A stretch of DNA of 63,651 nucleotides, filler included, from Octopus bimaculoides (Eukaryota), in the NCBI RefSeq assembly GCF_001194135.2. It is 7 parts of 7 records of this genome, joined end to end, with 100 filler letters (N's around TTAATTAATTAA, not from the genome) between each part and the next. Parts side by side here need not be neighbours in the genome. Positions count along the whole stretch, not along the records: positions 19,164 to 27,751 come from NC_068995.1; positions 27,852 to 51,126 come from NC_069007.1; 5 more parts are not named here. The stretch is one strand, 5' to 3'. Position numbers and translations under genes: made by a program. A model generated the notes under the pieces. The model searched no databases and was not told the DNA's origin. It worked only from the letters and a program-made list of their open reading frames with translations. Shown here piece after piece: positions 27,212-41,130 of this stretch. The stretch's first letter is position 1. Every line of letters starts with the position of its first letter.

Positions 27212-27410
27212 ATGAGCATGTCTAGATATGTAACTGTATGCATGAGAATATATACATAAAGCAAAACATACAAATCTGCGCATATACATACATACATACA
27301 AAAATACCCTGGTGTTGATGTTGAAATTCCAATGAAGGAGCCTTGGATCTGGGTTAGAAACCGGCTCTTTCTCTATTGGCAAGACATCTTGAAATAAAAC
27401 TGAATAATAA
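27212..27410 (+). mobile_element. Same LINE 3' UTR, copy 2 (opposite orientation)
   Basis: atgagcatgtctagatatg...ttggatctgggttagaaacc...gaaataaaactgaa is the reverse complement of about 20594-20780, with scattered mismatches. Confidence 0.7.
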
Positions 27411-27851
27411 CATACATATGATAAGAAACATATACATACACACATATTAATGTGTGTGTGTATGTGTGTGTGTCTGTGCGTGTGCGTGTGCATGTGTGCT
27501 TGTGAGTCAATACTATAACATGTGGTTATGGTTAATAAGCATATATTTAAGTTCACTGTGAGAATATAAGGCGTGAATAAGTTAGCAGAGCTTCGGCAGT
27601 TAAGAGTAAGGATTGTCTGAGACGAGTCTCGGCATTTTTACTGTTATGTCAGATATCACTTGTCTCGCCTTTCAAATCTAGAAGCTCGTGTGTCTTATAC
27701 GCGCCTGAAATTCTCAATGTTTTATATATGTATATATATATATATATATATNNNNNNNNNNNNNNNNNNNNNNNNNNNNNNNNNNNNNNNNNNNNTTAAT
27801 TAATTAANNNNNNNNNNNNNNNNNNNNNNNNNNNNNNNNNNNNNNNNNNNN

Positions 27852-27902
<51 letters not shown>

Positions 27903-29059
27903 TAGATTACACCAGAGATACCTTAGAGTATGGTTCTTCTTTCAGATTTATGTTTTTACAGATGATATATATATAAATATGTGTGTGTTTATATATATAT
28001 ATGTATATATATGTGTGTGTGTGTATATTTATATATGTATGTATTTATATAAATATATATATTTATACATACACACACACACACATATATATATAGTGTA
28101 TATTTATATACTTGTGTAAATATTGTGGGTGTGTAAATATTTCTGTTTACATATATTCACACATTCGCACACACACACACACACATACACACACGCACAC
28201 ACATGCGGGTATATATGTACAAACAAGTATGTGTCTGCGTACCTGCAACTGTATCATTTACAGAATAATGCATCAGTATCTATGTATGTGCATTTGTGTA
28301 CATATCTATGTATATATGTGTATAGATTGATTTTTGTTTCTTTTTATATAATTTTGCTATAAATGGAAAAGAATGGAAAACATTCTTCCCCACCCCCTCT
28401 GTCTGTTAGACAAGATGTCAATATTTGGTATGGTAGAATTGATAAATGGTATTCTAAAGCTTTGATATATATATGCAGATATCAATGCTATTATCAATAA
28501 TATATTTATTGCATTTATTGTACAATTAGAAAATCTTGTTTTGACTTTTCCTCCCTTTCTATTTATTTTTCATAACTATTTATACTTTCATGGTTTATTG
28601 GGCATACATTAGATTAGCTGCGAAAGGAGAGAATCCAAACATTCTGATCTTTCAACCTTACAATTAACATAGAAACGAACTTAACAACAGTTTATTTTAG
28701 CAGATATCACACTAGGTTTAAGCTTTAGCTTATATAAGCCTTTAGGAAGCTTTACAAAAAACTTTCGTAAATATTGAGTCATACCAACCCACTTTAGTTT
28801 TCAGAAACCTCATAAATAATATCAGCAGGATTTTGAGTGCATCTGCTAATAAGATACACACACACACAGGCACACGCATATATATATATATGTAAGGGCT
28901 GGTTCAAAGTTTAAATCTATATTTTAAATTCGATTTGGTATTTATAAATCTACAGTATCCTACCAATATCTGATATCTTCATGTGAACCCTGTATTATTG
29001 TACCAAACCATTTCTGGCATCCTATGTATTGTTATGCCTAGATTCTATTGAATCCTATA

Positions 29060-29100
<41 letters not shown>

Positions 29101-29216
29101 NNNNNNNNNNTATATATATATATATATATATATATTACATATATATAAGAGGGTTATATGTAATATAATTTTTCTGAATCTTCAGATTTTTCAATTTGCT
29201 ACACCAGTGGATTTAA

Positions 29217-29250
<34 letters not shown>

Positions 29251-29254
29251 CAAC

Positions 29255-29610
29255 CATGCTGGTGGCACATAAACAGCACCTTAGGAGCACTGGGCTTCAT
29301 GGAGGCAATGACAAGTGACCAAGGCCTTTGGCAATATGCTGTGCTTAAGAAGGAAGATCCATCAAGCCAAGTGAAATCATAATTGTGGCAGATACTGGTG
29401 TCACGCAACTGGCGCCTGTCCCAGTGGCGCATAAAAGCACCTGTTACACTCTTGGAGTGGTTAGCATTAGGAAGGGCATCCAGCCATAGAAACCATGCTA
29501 AATCAGACTGGAAGTCTGGTGCAGCCCCTCAACTTACCAGTCCTGGTCAAACCATCCAACCCATGCCAGCATGGACAACGGATGCTAAATGATGATGATG
29601 ATAATGTGGA
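29255..29610 (+). mobile_element. SINE family D (aggaagggcatccagc core, Nin-domain-like), representative copy
   Basis: Core ttaggaagggcatccagc..tagaaac and tail ccatccaacccatgccagcatgga...(gat)n. Further copies at about 31190-31420, 31455-31640, 38570-38830(-), 45985-46200(-), 48850-49140(-) and 54835-54925(-). The Nin label is from memory. Confidence 0.75.
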
Positions 29611-30604
29611 TGATGTAGATGATGATGATATATATGAAACTAAGTAACTGGGTGGCCATTTGTCCTTTGACAAGTTTTGTTTTTCATACTACAGGGTGTT
29701 AAAAAAAAATTCACCCTAGTTTAATCACTAATGGTTAGACCATACAACAGACTATGACCAACATGTGGTATGGGGTTACATTTTACCCATAGCACATAAG
29801 AGTAGTCTGTCACCAGCAGCACAGCACTTACCACCACCACCACCACCACCACCACCACCACCAGCAGAAGCAGTAATCTGACTGACAGACAGTCAGTCAA
29901 ACAGACAGATAGATAGGTGAGCAAGCAGGCAGAGAGAGAGAGAGGTTGTTGTTTTGAATGAGATAGCTTAACAGTTAACTGTTGCTTAGAACATGTAAAT
30001 CCATGTTTATCCAACTTCCAATCCGGTATTAAACATAATTTGTCTTCAGAGGTACTTTTAGTATTATATGCATCTTACATTATAAAAGAAAAGCTGATCT
30101 CTGTCTGTCTGCCCATAACAGCATTTGTGTAGAGAGGCAGGAGAGGGGGGTGGGAGAAAATGTCATTGATGAGAGAGAAATACAGTTAGAAACAGCCAGA
30201 CATTCTGTATGAAAGATAGATAAATAGATGGTGTTGTCACCTTAGTAACTAACAAGTTTTGATTAAAAACGCAGGAATTTTAAGTGCAAGTCTGTCAACA
30301 GAACATAGACTTCAAAACAAGGACTATATATATATATATNNNNNNNNNNNNNNNNNNNNNNNNNNNNNNNNNNNNNNNNNNNNNNNNNNNNNNNNNNNNN
30401 NNNNNNNNNNNNNNNNNNNNNNNNNNNNNNNNNNNNNNNNNNNNNNNNNNNNNNNNNNNNNNNNNNNNNNNNNNNNNNNNNNNNNNNNNNNNNNNNNNNN
30501 NNNNNNNTATTGTTATTGTTTTATGGTAATTTGTGTGTGTACATGTCTCTGTGTCTTTCAGTATATAGACAATGCAACACACACTTTAAAAGACTTTCAC
30601 TTTG

Positions 30605-30988
30605 GCTGTGTGGTAAGAAACTTGCTTCCCAACTACATGGTTTTTGGTTCAGTCCCACTGCATGTCATCTTGGGCAAGTGTCTTCCACTATAGCCTCAGG
30701 CCAACCAAAGCCTTGTGAGTGGATTTGGTAGATAGAAACTGAAAGAAGCCCATCGTATATATATGTATGTATCTGTTTATTTATCTATATTTGTACCCCC
30801 TACCATCATTTGACAACCAATGTTGGTGTGCTTACGTCCTCGTAACTTAGCAGTTCAACAAAAGAGACTGATAGAATAAGTACTAGGCTTACAACGAATA
30901 AGTCCTGGGGCCGATTTATTTGACGAAAGGCAGTGCTCCAGCATGGCCGCAATCAAATGACTGAAACAAGTAAAAGAATAAAAGAATA
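30605..30988 (+). mobile_element. tRNA-related SINE family B (internal microsatellite), representative copy
   Basis: ggctgtgtggtaagaa.cttgcttccc...gtggatttggtaga.ggaaactgaaagaagcc...aaaggcagtgctccagcatggcc..agtcaaatgactgaaacaagtaaaagaa. Further copies at about 17690-17920(-), 26430-26720(-), 46290-46800(+), 48540-48745(+), 49405-49550(+), 56460-56850(+), 57755-58135(-), 59820-60155(-) and 60815-60960(+). Confidence 0.85.
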
Positions 30989-32116
30989 TGTGCATGATTA
31001 ACTTATATGTTTACCGGCAGCATAGCAATGGGTAACGATCTAGTTTGATTAAATTACAAGGTGTATAGCTGAGAGCAGAATAAAACTGGTAAACGTTTTA
31101 TTATAATATCATAAATTTGTGATGTTATAATAAAATGTTTAACTGAATATTATGCTTTGTCTTATCGAAAAAATGTAAAAAGCACCATTCAAGCGTGGTC
31201 AATGCCAGTACTGCCTGACTGGCTTCATGCCGGTGGCACATAAAAAGCACCCGCCACACTCTCGGTGTGGTTGGTGTTAGGAAGGGCATCCAGCTGTAGA
31301 AACTTTGCCAGATCGGATGGGAGCCTGGTGCAGCCTTCTGGCTTGCCAGCCCTCAGTCAAGCCATCCAACCCATGCTAGCATGGAAAGCGGATGTTAAAC
31401 GGCGATGATGATGATGATGATATATGTATATATATACGACAAAACAGAAGATTCAGTTATACACATAAAAAGCACCCACCACACTCTCGGTGTGGTTGGT
31501 GTTAGGAAGGGCATCCAGCTGTAGAAACTTTGCCATATCGGATGAGAGCCTGGTGTAGCCATCTGGTTGCACCAGTCCTCAGTCAAATCGTCCAACCCAT
31601 GCTAGCATGGAAAGCGGACGTTAAACGATGATGATGATGATATATATATGTATATACNNNNNNNNNNNNNNNNNNNNNNNNNNNNNNNNNNNNNNNNNNN
31701 NNNNNNNNNNNNNNNNNNNNNNNNNNNNNNNNNNNNNNNNNNNNNNNNNNNNNNNNNNNNNNNNNNNNNNNNNNNNNNNNNNNNNNNNNNNNNNNNNNNN
31801 NNNNNNNNNNNNNNNNNNNNNNNNNNNNNNNNNNNNNNNNNNNNNNNNNNNNNNNNNNNNNNNNNNNNNNNNNNNNNNNNNNNNNNNNNNNNNNNNNNNN
31901 NNNNNNNNNNNNNNNNNNNNNNNNNNNNNNNNNNNNNNNNNNNNNNNNNNNNNNNNNNNNNNNNNNNNNNNNNNNNNNNNNNNNNNNNNNNNNNNNNNNN
32001 NNNNNNNNNNNNCAAAATGCCAGTAATACATAATTTTTGTACAACACACACACACACACACATATATGCATATATATACATATACATACATATATATATA
32101 CATACATACATCCATA

Positions 32117-32165
<49 letters not shown>

Positions 32166-33049
32166 TATACACACACATATATATATACACACACATATAT
32201 ATACATGTATATGTATATATACAAACATATATATACACATATATATATATCTATACATATGTAAACATTTGTATATATGGATACACACTCACACACACAC
32301 GTACATATACAATATCAATAATAATTTATAAATATATATTCGTTGTTTCTATGTTTTCTATGCACTCATCCATCCTTACATTTTACACACTTGTTTTAAA
32401 GCTGTCTACAAAGTCAATTAGTATATATACATCTCTGCGCATACATACATGTGTGTACATGATTCTGCGTATGCATGCATGTGTGTGTGTATGTGTGTAT
32501 GAGTCGTTATCAGGATAATTAGTATGACAATGATTGAGTTATTAATCTCATCTTTTATGCATATTCCTGTTTCCCTCCATATTTTAGATTAATCTAATTA
32601 AATCACTCCATCCTTGCCGCCATCACCACCACCACACATATGATGTGATAATTCTTTCTGGAAAATACTGGAATGACTGCCAACATAGAAGTTTCATTAT
32701 TGTCATTTAGTTTCTCATCAGCCCTGATCTAACATACCTCCGATCAAAAACACGCCACACATGACCATCCCATCTTGTAGGATTAAATTTCCGTCGGTGT
32801 CTTCCATTGTTTTAATGCTAGCTGCTTTACCTATGAGGTGGTTAGCTGGCGGAGTTGTTAGCATGCCTGACAGAATGCTTGGTAGCATTTCTTCTGAAAC
32901 TTTACGTTGTGAGTTCAAATCCTACTGAGGTCAACTTTGCCTTTCATCCTTTCAGGGTCAATAAAATAAAGTACAAATCAATCAATGGATCCAGTGTACT
33001 TGTACATGCAGAGGCATTCACGCAGGGTAGGCTGAGCCAGCTCTGACCA

Positions 33050-33480
33050 AGTTCACCACATCCCTCACAAATTCTGATCACATTCAATGGTCAGCCACTG
33101 TTGAGACTGTAGTGGACACCCGTCCTGTTTCCCCTAATGAAGACCATAGACACAGGGTCCTGATTGTACTTCCACAACTGCTTTTACTATGACACCCACT
33201 CCTGGTTCCCCTACAGAAGACCATAGACACAGGGGCCCAACTGTGCTGCCATGTCCTCCTTTACCATCGCCAGCCATGGCTTCAGTTGTCCTCCAGCTCA
33301 TTTGCACCTGCCTGAAAAGTGGGGTGGGGACCAGGTTGACTGCCTTGAGAATGAATTCTCCTGGAGGCTGACAGAGAGTATGGCCAAGACACCTGATATG
33401 TCTTGTGAGTAGAGCTTGTTGCAAAGAGTTGATGCAACAGCCTTGTCATATTTTGGGGGCCAAAAAACGAAGTCCAGTGA
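33050..33480 (-). mobile_element. RTE-like LINE 3' coding remnant
   Basis: RHIRCLGHTLCQPPGEFILKAV...SWRTTEA resembles the RRLRW.GH..R...GRP..TW C-terminal motif. Confidence 0.5.
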
Positions 33481-34228
33481 GTGAACATGCAGAATTCAAC
33501 ACTGGGGTCAATGTTACCGATTAGCCCTATCTTCCAAAATTTGAGGTTTTATAGTAAAAAGGGTTATCATTAGGATAATGTTATTGTTGATCAGCCTCAA
33601 GTCAGTCCTGATCCAAAAGACCTATGATCAAAAGTGGTCCAGCTATGGCCATCACTCCTTTTCCTTAAGACATATTGTATCTCCTAATACAGTATTCGGA
33701 GGCCCAGTGGTTAGGGCAGTGGACTTGTGGTCAGAGGATTGCGGTTTCGATTCCCAGACTGGGCGTTGTGTGTGTTTATTGAGCGAAAACAACTAAAGCT
33801 TCACAAGGCTCTGGCAGGGGGTGGTGGCGACCCCTGTTGTACTCTTTCACCCCAACTTTCTCTCACTCTTTCTTCCTGTTTCTTGAGTAAAGCTGCGATG
33901 GACTGGTGTCTCGTCCAGCTGAGGCGGGGAACACATACGCCATAGAAACCGGGAAACCGGGTCCATGAGCCTGGTTAGGCTTGAAAAGGGCGCATAAATA
34001 AAAATACATTATTCAATGTGTCCATCTTCTTTTGAGGAAGTAGGGAATGGTTTGATGGTGAGATGATTTAACTACCATTTCCAGCAAGTCAGAACAATCC
34101 TAGCACTTAGTTTTTAAGCCTGGTACTTTTTCATCAGTCTCTTTTGTTGAACTGTTAAGTTATATAAACAAACCAACACCAGTTACCAAGCAGTGGTGGA
34201 GGACAAACACAGAATCACACATACAAAT

Positions 34229-34265
<37 letters not shown>

Positions 34266-34419
34266 CATACCCTACGTGGTCCAAAGAAGATGGTTTTGTA
34301 ATTTCTTGCGTGCATCTTTCACAAACGATTTGTTTATGGTGATCAAACATGTGTATGTACATGCTGTACATTAACGTACTCCCTCCATCAAATCAATAGC
34401 CTTTTCTACTCTAGTTGCA

Positions 34420-35790
34420 AGGCCCAAAATTTTTGGAAAGGCGGTTGGGGAGCAGTCGATTAGATCAACCCCAGTGCACAACTGGTACTTAATTTATCCA
34501 CCTCGAAAGGGATGAAAGGCAAAGTTGACCTCGGTGGAATTTGAACTCAGAACGTAGTGACATATGAAATACCGCTAAGCATTTCATCCAGTGTGCATCA
34601 AATCAGTATTGCCAACACAGGGGCACAGTGTGCCATATGTCAGAGCTGATCGTGGAAGAACATGAGATGAAGTGTTTTGCTCAAGAACACTGTGCACCAT
34701 CTACTCTGAGAATTGAACCCATGATCTCGTGATGGTGAGTGCAATACCCTAATTAGGTTATATTATTAATAATGAGTATTCATTAGCATGCCGGGCAAAA
34801 TGCTTAGTGGTATTTCGTTCATCTTTACGTTCTGAGTTCAAATTCCGCCAAGGTCGACTTTGTCTTTCATCCTTCCAGGGTCTATAAAACAAGTACCAGT
34901 TGAATGCTGGGATTGATGTAATTGACTTACCCGCTCCCCCCACCCTCGAAATTGCTAGCCTTGTGTCAAAATTTGAAATCATTATTATGAATGGATATAA
35001 AGCAGCAAAGTGGCAGAACTGTTAGCATACTGGACAAATTGCTTTGCGACATTTCATTTGTCTTTATGCTCTGAGTTCAAATTCTACCGAGGGTGACTTT
35101 GCTTTTCATCCTTGCAGGGTCAGTAAAGGTCGACTTTGCCTTTTGTCCTTCCGGGGTCTATTAAACAGGGATTAAAGGCAAAGTCTACCTCAGTATTCAA
35201 CATGGACCCCAGGATGGACTCCAGGATGAAAGGCCCTTTATCCTTGCAGGGTCAATAAAGGTTGATTTTGCCTTTCATCCCGGGGTCATACTGGGGTCCT
35301 TATTGAATACTGAGGTCGACTTTGCCTTTCATCCTTCTGGGGTCTATTAAACAAGGATGAAAGGCAAAGTCTACCTCAGTATTAAACATGGACCCCAGGA
35401 TGAAAGGCCCTTCATCCTTGCAAGGTCAATAAAGGTCGATATTGCCTTTCATCCTGGGGTCCATCCTGGAGTCATACTGGGGTCCATATTGAATACTGAG
35501 GTCGACTTTGACTTCCAGGGTCTATAAAACAAGTACCAGTTGAATACTGGGGTCAGTGTAATCAACTGATCCCCTACCCCCAAATTGCTGCCCTTGTGGC
35601 AAAAATTTGAAACCATTATTATAAATGAGTTCTGCGGACAAATTGCTTAGCAGCATTTCATTTGTCTTTACATTTTGAGTTCAAATTCCATCCAAGGTCA
35701 ACTTTAGGGTCGATAAAATAAGTACCAGTTGAGTTACTGGGGACAATGTAATTGACTTACCCCACCAACCCTGAAATTTTGCTGGCTTTT
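34420..35790. mobile_element. Cluster of SINE family A-related copies in both orientations
   Basis: Minus copy at about 34420-34600; plus copies at about 34780-34980, 35000-35610 (rearranged) and 35630-35820. Further copies at about 14500-14710, 16480-16575, 32840-32985, 39300-39650, 41410-41630 and 51850-51970. Confidence 0.8.
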
Positions 35791-36899
35791 TGCCAAAATT
35801 TGAAGCTTGTGTTATTATAAATGTGAATGTATGAGCAAATGGACTTTGGAATATGGGTCATAGGATGACTGGAAGAATCTGCTGACATCTGGATCTTAAG
35901 ATATTTGTGAAAACTAGGATAAGACAAGAGAAATAATGGAAGAGATATAAAAAAGAAAAAAATACAACAGCAAAAGTACAAAGGTGAGGAAAAGACACCA
36001 GCATAAATGATGATGATGATGACGATGACAATGATGAGGGTGGAGCAGAGGTGGTGGTGGAAGAAGAAGAAGAAGAAGAAAAATGAAGAAGAAGAAGAAA
36101 AAAATGAAGAAGAAGACGATGAAAAATAAGACAAATTATATAAACGTAATATTCCCAAGAAAAATGTACAGCAAATTCAGAAAAAAAAATAAATAAAAAA
36201 AACAAGAAGAGATAAATAAATATAAAAGAAAAAAGAAAACGAATAAAAAAAATAATAATAAAAGATCTGCAGAAACAGAAAAATCCACAATTTTCTATTT
36301 ATAGACTTGAAAATCTCCAGATTGGCCAGTTGGTCGGTTGGTGGACAGATAAAAAAAAATGCACTGGTTGGCTGGCTGACTGGCTGGTTGGTTTAGTTTG
36401 GTCTGAGTTGGTTTGGTTATTGGTTGGTCAGTTGGTCAGTTATGTACCAATACTACACACAAACAGTGCCGAGAGATAGATTTTTACGACCGATTTATTG
36501 TTGTTGTTGTTGTCGTTATTTAAAACTAGTTGCTAAATAAAGAACATCAGTTTCTGAACACTTTGCCTCCTCCATCACCACCATCACCACCATCACCACC
36601 ACCATCACCACCATCACTACTATCAGCACTGCCACCATCACCACCACCACTATCACCGACAGCTCCACCACCATCATGGAATGGATGTGGAATGCTGAGG
36701 CAAGCATAGGATAGAAGTTGGTGATGAGGAGAAGGAGGAGGAAGAGGTAGGGGTGAGATGTGAGTCAAGGAAGTAAGTGGTGTGGTGGGTGGGTGGGTTT
36801 CATGTCTCGGAAGAGGTGGGCGTGTCACTTCGGTTTAGTTCTAACTGTCTGCCTGTCCATCCATGCCGTCCCATTCCATTCCATCCATCTCTTCCCATC

Positions 36900-37280
36900 T
36901 CATGCATACAGACATAGACACATAGACACATGTACAAGCATACACACGCACACGCACATACACACAGACATATACGTACAGACACACACAAAAATATACA
37001 TATGCACACACACAAACACACATGCAAACACACAGACACATACACAGATAGGTGCCCACAAAATGCACACACACACACTTATGCAAACATACAAAAACAT
37101 ACATACACAGACACATATATAAATATACACACACACACACAAACATACACAGAAAATGCACATACACACACAAACATACATACACAAACACACATATAAA
37201 TATACACACACACACACATACAAACATACACAGATGCACATGAAATGCACACACACACATGCACACACTCAAACACACAC
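36900..37280. repeat. Degenerate CA/TA/ATAC microsatellite field
   Basis: Explains the HTHT/CVCV ORFs. Similar fields at 8740-9075, 20940-21200, 27960-28330, 32040-32310, 44740-45440 and 57385-57730. Confidence 0.95.
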
Positions 37281-39029
37281 ACCCTGTTATCTGTTGGTTG
37301 TGCCTGTTTTATTGATGGTTCCAAAAATGGCACGATTGGATATTTACGCTGTCTGACAACAACTACAGCAGCAACAACAACAACAACAATGGCTGTTACA
37401 ATAAGATTGATATCAAACAGTGGCAATATCCATCTGATAGAAATGGTCAAAAATAACACAGTATTGATGAGGTGAGGGTGGAGAGGAAGAGCAGGGGGGA
37501 GGATGCTGATGGTGATGAGAGTGGTGGTGGTGGTGGTGGTGATAGCAGTAAGTTGATAGTGATGACGGTGATGACGGTGATGATTTTCTCGTTCATTTCT
37601 TTATTATTTTAGTTTATTTTTATTTCTTGTGATAATGATTTTTTTGCCATGATGATGGTGATGGTGATGGTGATGGTGGTGATGAGGGATAAATATGAAA
37701 ACATATCCACGGACAGATAGCTTCATAGAAAACGAAACAAATGAACAAGCAGCACCGATTGAAAAGTACGTACAACAACAAAAGCCGGAGGAGCAGCAGC
37801 AGCGACAACAACAACATCAGTAACACATGTAACAACAGAAATAACCCTAATAACATCAACAACAACAACAACAACAATTACCCCCATCTGATAAAAATAT
37901 TTCACAATGCCGATCGTGATAAGTCAATTGGTTTCTATCGTTGGTGTTGTAGCACCGCTCGTTCATTGGGTTGAGGTGGGGGGGGGGGCGTAGATGAGGA
38001 ACATTCAATTAGAGCAATTCTTGTACCAAACTGTTGTTTTAGATTATCGAGACCTCCTCCACATCTACTTCGTGACCTCCAGAATTATAATAAAAAATGG
38101 CAGAGTTGACCTCTACGAGATGAAGGTTTGGAATTCAGAATCATCACCATCATTGTCATCGTTTAACGTCTGCCTTCCGTGCTGGCATGGGTTGGATGAT
38201 GTGATAGAAGTTGGTCAGGCAGAAGCCTGCACCAGACTTCTGTGTCTGTCTTGGCAGNNNNNNNNNNNNNNNNNNNNNNNNNNNNNNNNNNNNNNNNNNN
38301 NNNNNNNNNNNNNNNNNNNNNNNNNNNNNNNNNNNNNNNNNNNNNNNNNNNNNNNNNNNNNNNNNNNNNNNNNNNNNNNNNNNNNNNGCGTAGATGAGGA
38401 ACATTCAATTAGAGCAATTCTTGTACCAAACTGTTGTTTTAGATTATCGAGACCTCCTCCACATCTACTTCGTGACCTCCAGAATTATAATAAAAAATGG
38501 CAGAGTTGACCTCTATGAGATGAAGGTTTGGAATTCAGAATCATCACCATCATTGTCATCGTTTAACGTCTGCCTTCCGTGCTGGCATGGGTTGGATGAT
38601 GTGATAGAAGTTGGTCAGGCAGAAGCCTGCACCAGACTTCTGTGTCTGTCTTGGCAGAATTTTTTTGGCTGGATGCCCTTCCTAACACCAGCCACCCCAC
38701 AGAGTGGACTGAGTGGTTTTACATAATACAAGCACAGACAAGGTCAGTTTCAACACGGTTTTTACAGCTGGATGCCCTTCCAAATGCCAACCACTTTATA
38801 GTGTGGACTGGATGCTTTTTACATGGCACCAGCATGTGGTTGAGAAAAATATGTACCTGTGATAAACTGTGATAAACTTATTTTATCAACTCCAAAAGAA
38901 TTTGAACTCAGAACATTAAGACAGACAAAATACTACTATGCATTTTGCCCAGTCTACTAATAATTCTGCCAGCTCACCACCTTAATAACGACAATGATGA
39001 TGATGATAATAATAATAATTATAATAATG

Positions 39030-39300
39030 CTAACAGTAAAAGCCGTGCACCAGGAACAGTAAGCCATGATATAGACGAATGGCTGAAGGAGATTGAAACA
39101 GAATGCCTTGTGGAGCTCCTGTAAAAAAGTTTGTCTCTTAGGGACAGCAAGGATTATCAGGAAGGTTCTAAGCACTTGAAAGACAGCTGAAAACTTGTGG
39201 ATACCTAAGGTTACAGGTAGTAACCAGCTATCCACGTAATTCCTATCAGGAATAAGACCAAACCTGATCCAAACCAAAATAGTAATAATAATAATAATAA
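39030..39300 (+). mobile_element. RLE-type LINE 3' end
   Basis: APGTVSHDIDEWLKEIE...LLGTARIIRKVLST-stop, then an (AAT)n tail. Confidence 0.65.
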
Positions 39301-39699
39301 TAATTGCAAATTTTGGCACAAGGCCATCAGTTTTAGGGGTGCAGGAGTTAGTCATTACCATCAATCCCAGTACTTGACTGGTCCTTCATTTTATTGAGCC
39401 CAGAGATGATGAAAGTAAAGTTGACCCCGGTCGAATTTGAACTCAGAATATGAAGAATAGGAAGACGTAACGCTAAGCATTTTGACTGTTTTTGATTTAG
39501 GCACAAAACCAGCAATTTTTGAGGGGAGGGGGAGTAATCGAGACCATTGATTCCAGTACTTGGCTGGTATTTCATTTTATCAACCCTGGAGGGATAAAAG
39601 GTAGAGTTAACTTTGGCAGGATTTGAAATCAGAACGAAAATCTGGAACGAATGCCTCAAGGTGTTTTTTCTCTGATGTTTTAATGACTCTGTCAATGCT

Positions 39700-41054
39700 G
39701 GAAATTGATCGAACACAGAAAATATTTGATACAAATAAAAAAAGGAAAGAGGCAGATATAGGAATAGTAAATTCTAAAGGGAAATATTGTGAACCAGGCA
39801 GTGTAAAGGTAGAAATAATTAAAAAATTAAAAACAATGGATTTGCTGATAAATCAATGGAAGTATTTCCCTTGGGTAAAACGAAATGTTAAGATAGCAAC
39901 AACAACAACAACTGTCAATGCAAACTTGACCATCAACGATTTAATAAAGACAGACACAAACATCAATATCACCAGGTTGCCTGAAATAATTTATACCACA
40001 GACACTGTTGTTAATAAAGTAAATAGATATTCCCTCAGATGTGGCTGAATAGAAATATCAATATCAAAGCAAACAGGATGGAAAGGAAATATAGAGGAGG
40101 AAGAGATTGAAAATAAGAGAAAAGATGTCTCAGTCGTTAATGATATCAATAAGAGAAATGACAAAGCTGAGAAAATAAAGGGGAGACAAATACTATAGAA
40201 AGATAACAAAAGAGGCATTCAGATTTGGAAAATGTTAAACAAGTCATCTTTACTAAATTGTAAAGAATTTGTCTGTTATAGAAACCAACATGAATTCTTT
40301 AAATGCAAAAGAAAGAAACAGTTTAACTGCGATGCAAAACGATTTTCTCAAGAATTTGGCAAGAATGAAATAGGAATCAATGCAGTACAGACTGCAAGAG
40401 AAGTATAATAATTCTGGAAATGAGTATGGAGAGGGAAGGAATTCCTACAGATGGAAATTTTCATACCAATGGAACACAGCATCCGAGAAGCCATAACAAG
40501 ACAAAATACATAAGGCTTCATAATATGATGGAATCTCAAACAGCTGGTAAAAATATTTAACCCATTCGCATTCAAACCAGCCATATCCTGCCTAAATATT
40601 CTTCCAGTTTTATGTTAAAACTGGCCAGATCTGACCTCTTGCACCTATCCTACAATGTCATTCTAAATGTAAGCAGTCACAGGAAAATGTCTTAGCTTCA
40701 AGATAATGCATAATTAATTCAAAACAATGCAAATAAATAAGCCTTAGATTTGACCGGGTAATCTGAATGCTGCCACTCCAAGACTAACGACTGTATTCTG
40801 TCTTTCTTGGACATCAGGAAGTGACAATTATTCCTGTGGTACTTGGTGCACTTGGCACAATACTCAAACAGCTGTCTAAGAGGCTGAAAAATTCTGGAAC
40901 TGTGACACATATTGTTGTCTTGTTTCAAAATATCATCCTACATTCTGTGAGAATTCTAAGAAAGATTCTTGAGGTTTGAAGAAACTTATTTCCAGACCTC
41001 AAGGAACCATCGCTTCTAACTAATATAGCATGTAATATCTTTCAAATAATAAAA

Positions 41055-41093
<39 letters not shown>

Positions 41094-41095
41094 GA
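39700..41095 (+). mobile_element. Decayed RLE-type LINE (internal part plus 3' end)
   Basis: K/E-rich pre-RT-like segments (EIIYTTDTVV...GWKGNIEEEEIENKRKDVS) with stops. The 3' part reads IIPVVLGALGTI...ILRKILEV-stop, followed by (AAT)n at about 41060-41092. Confidence 0.5.
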
Positions 41096-41130
41096 AGCAA
41101 AAATAGAAGTGTCATTGTTATCAATTGAAT

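Noticed and set aside
37690-37830. Coding-looking stretch RDKYETYPRTDSFIENETNEQAAPIEK as an upstream SYT7 exon
   Set aside because: No polypyrimidine acceptor, and the gtacgt donor phase does not match the phase-0 SYT7 acceptor. It is embedded in triplet repeats.
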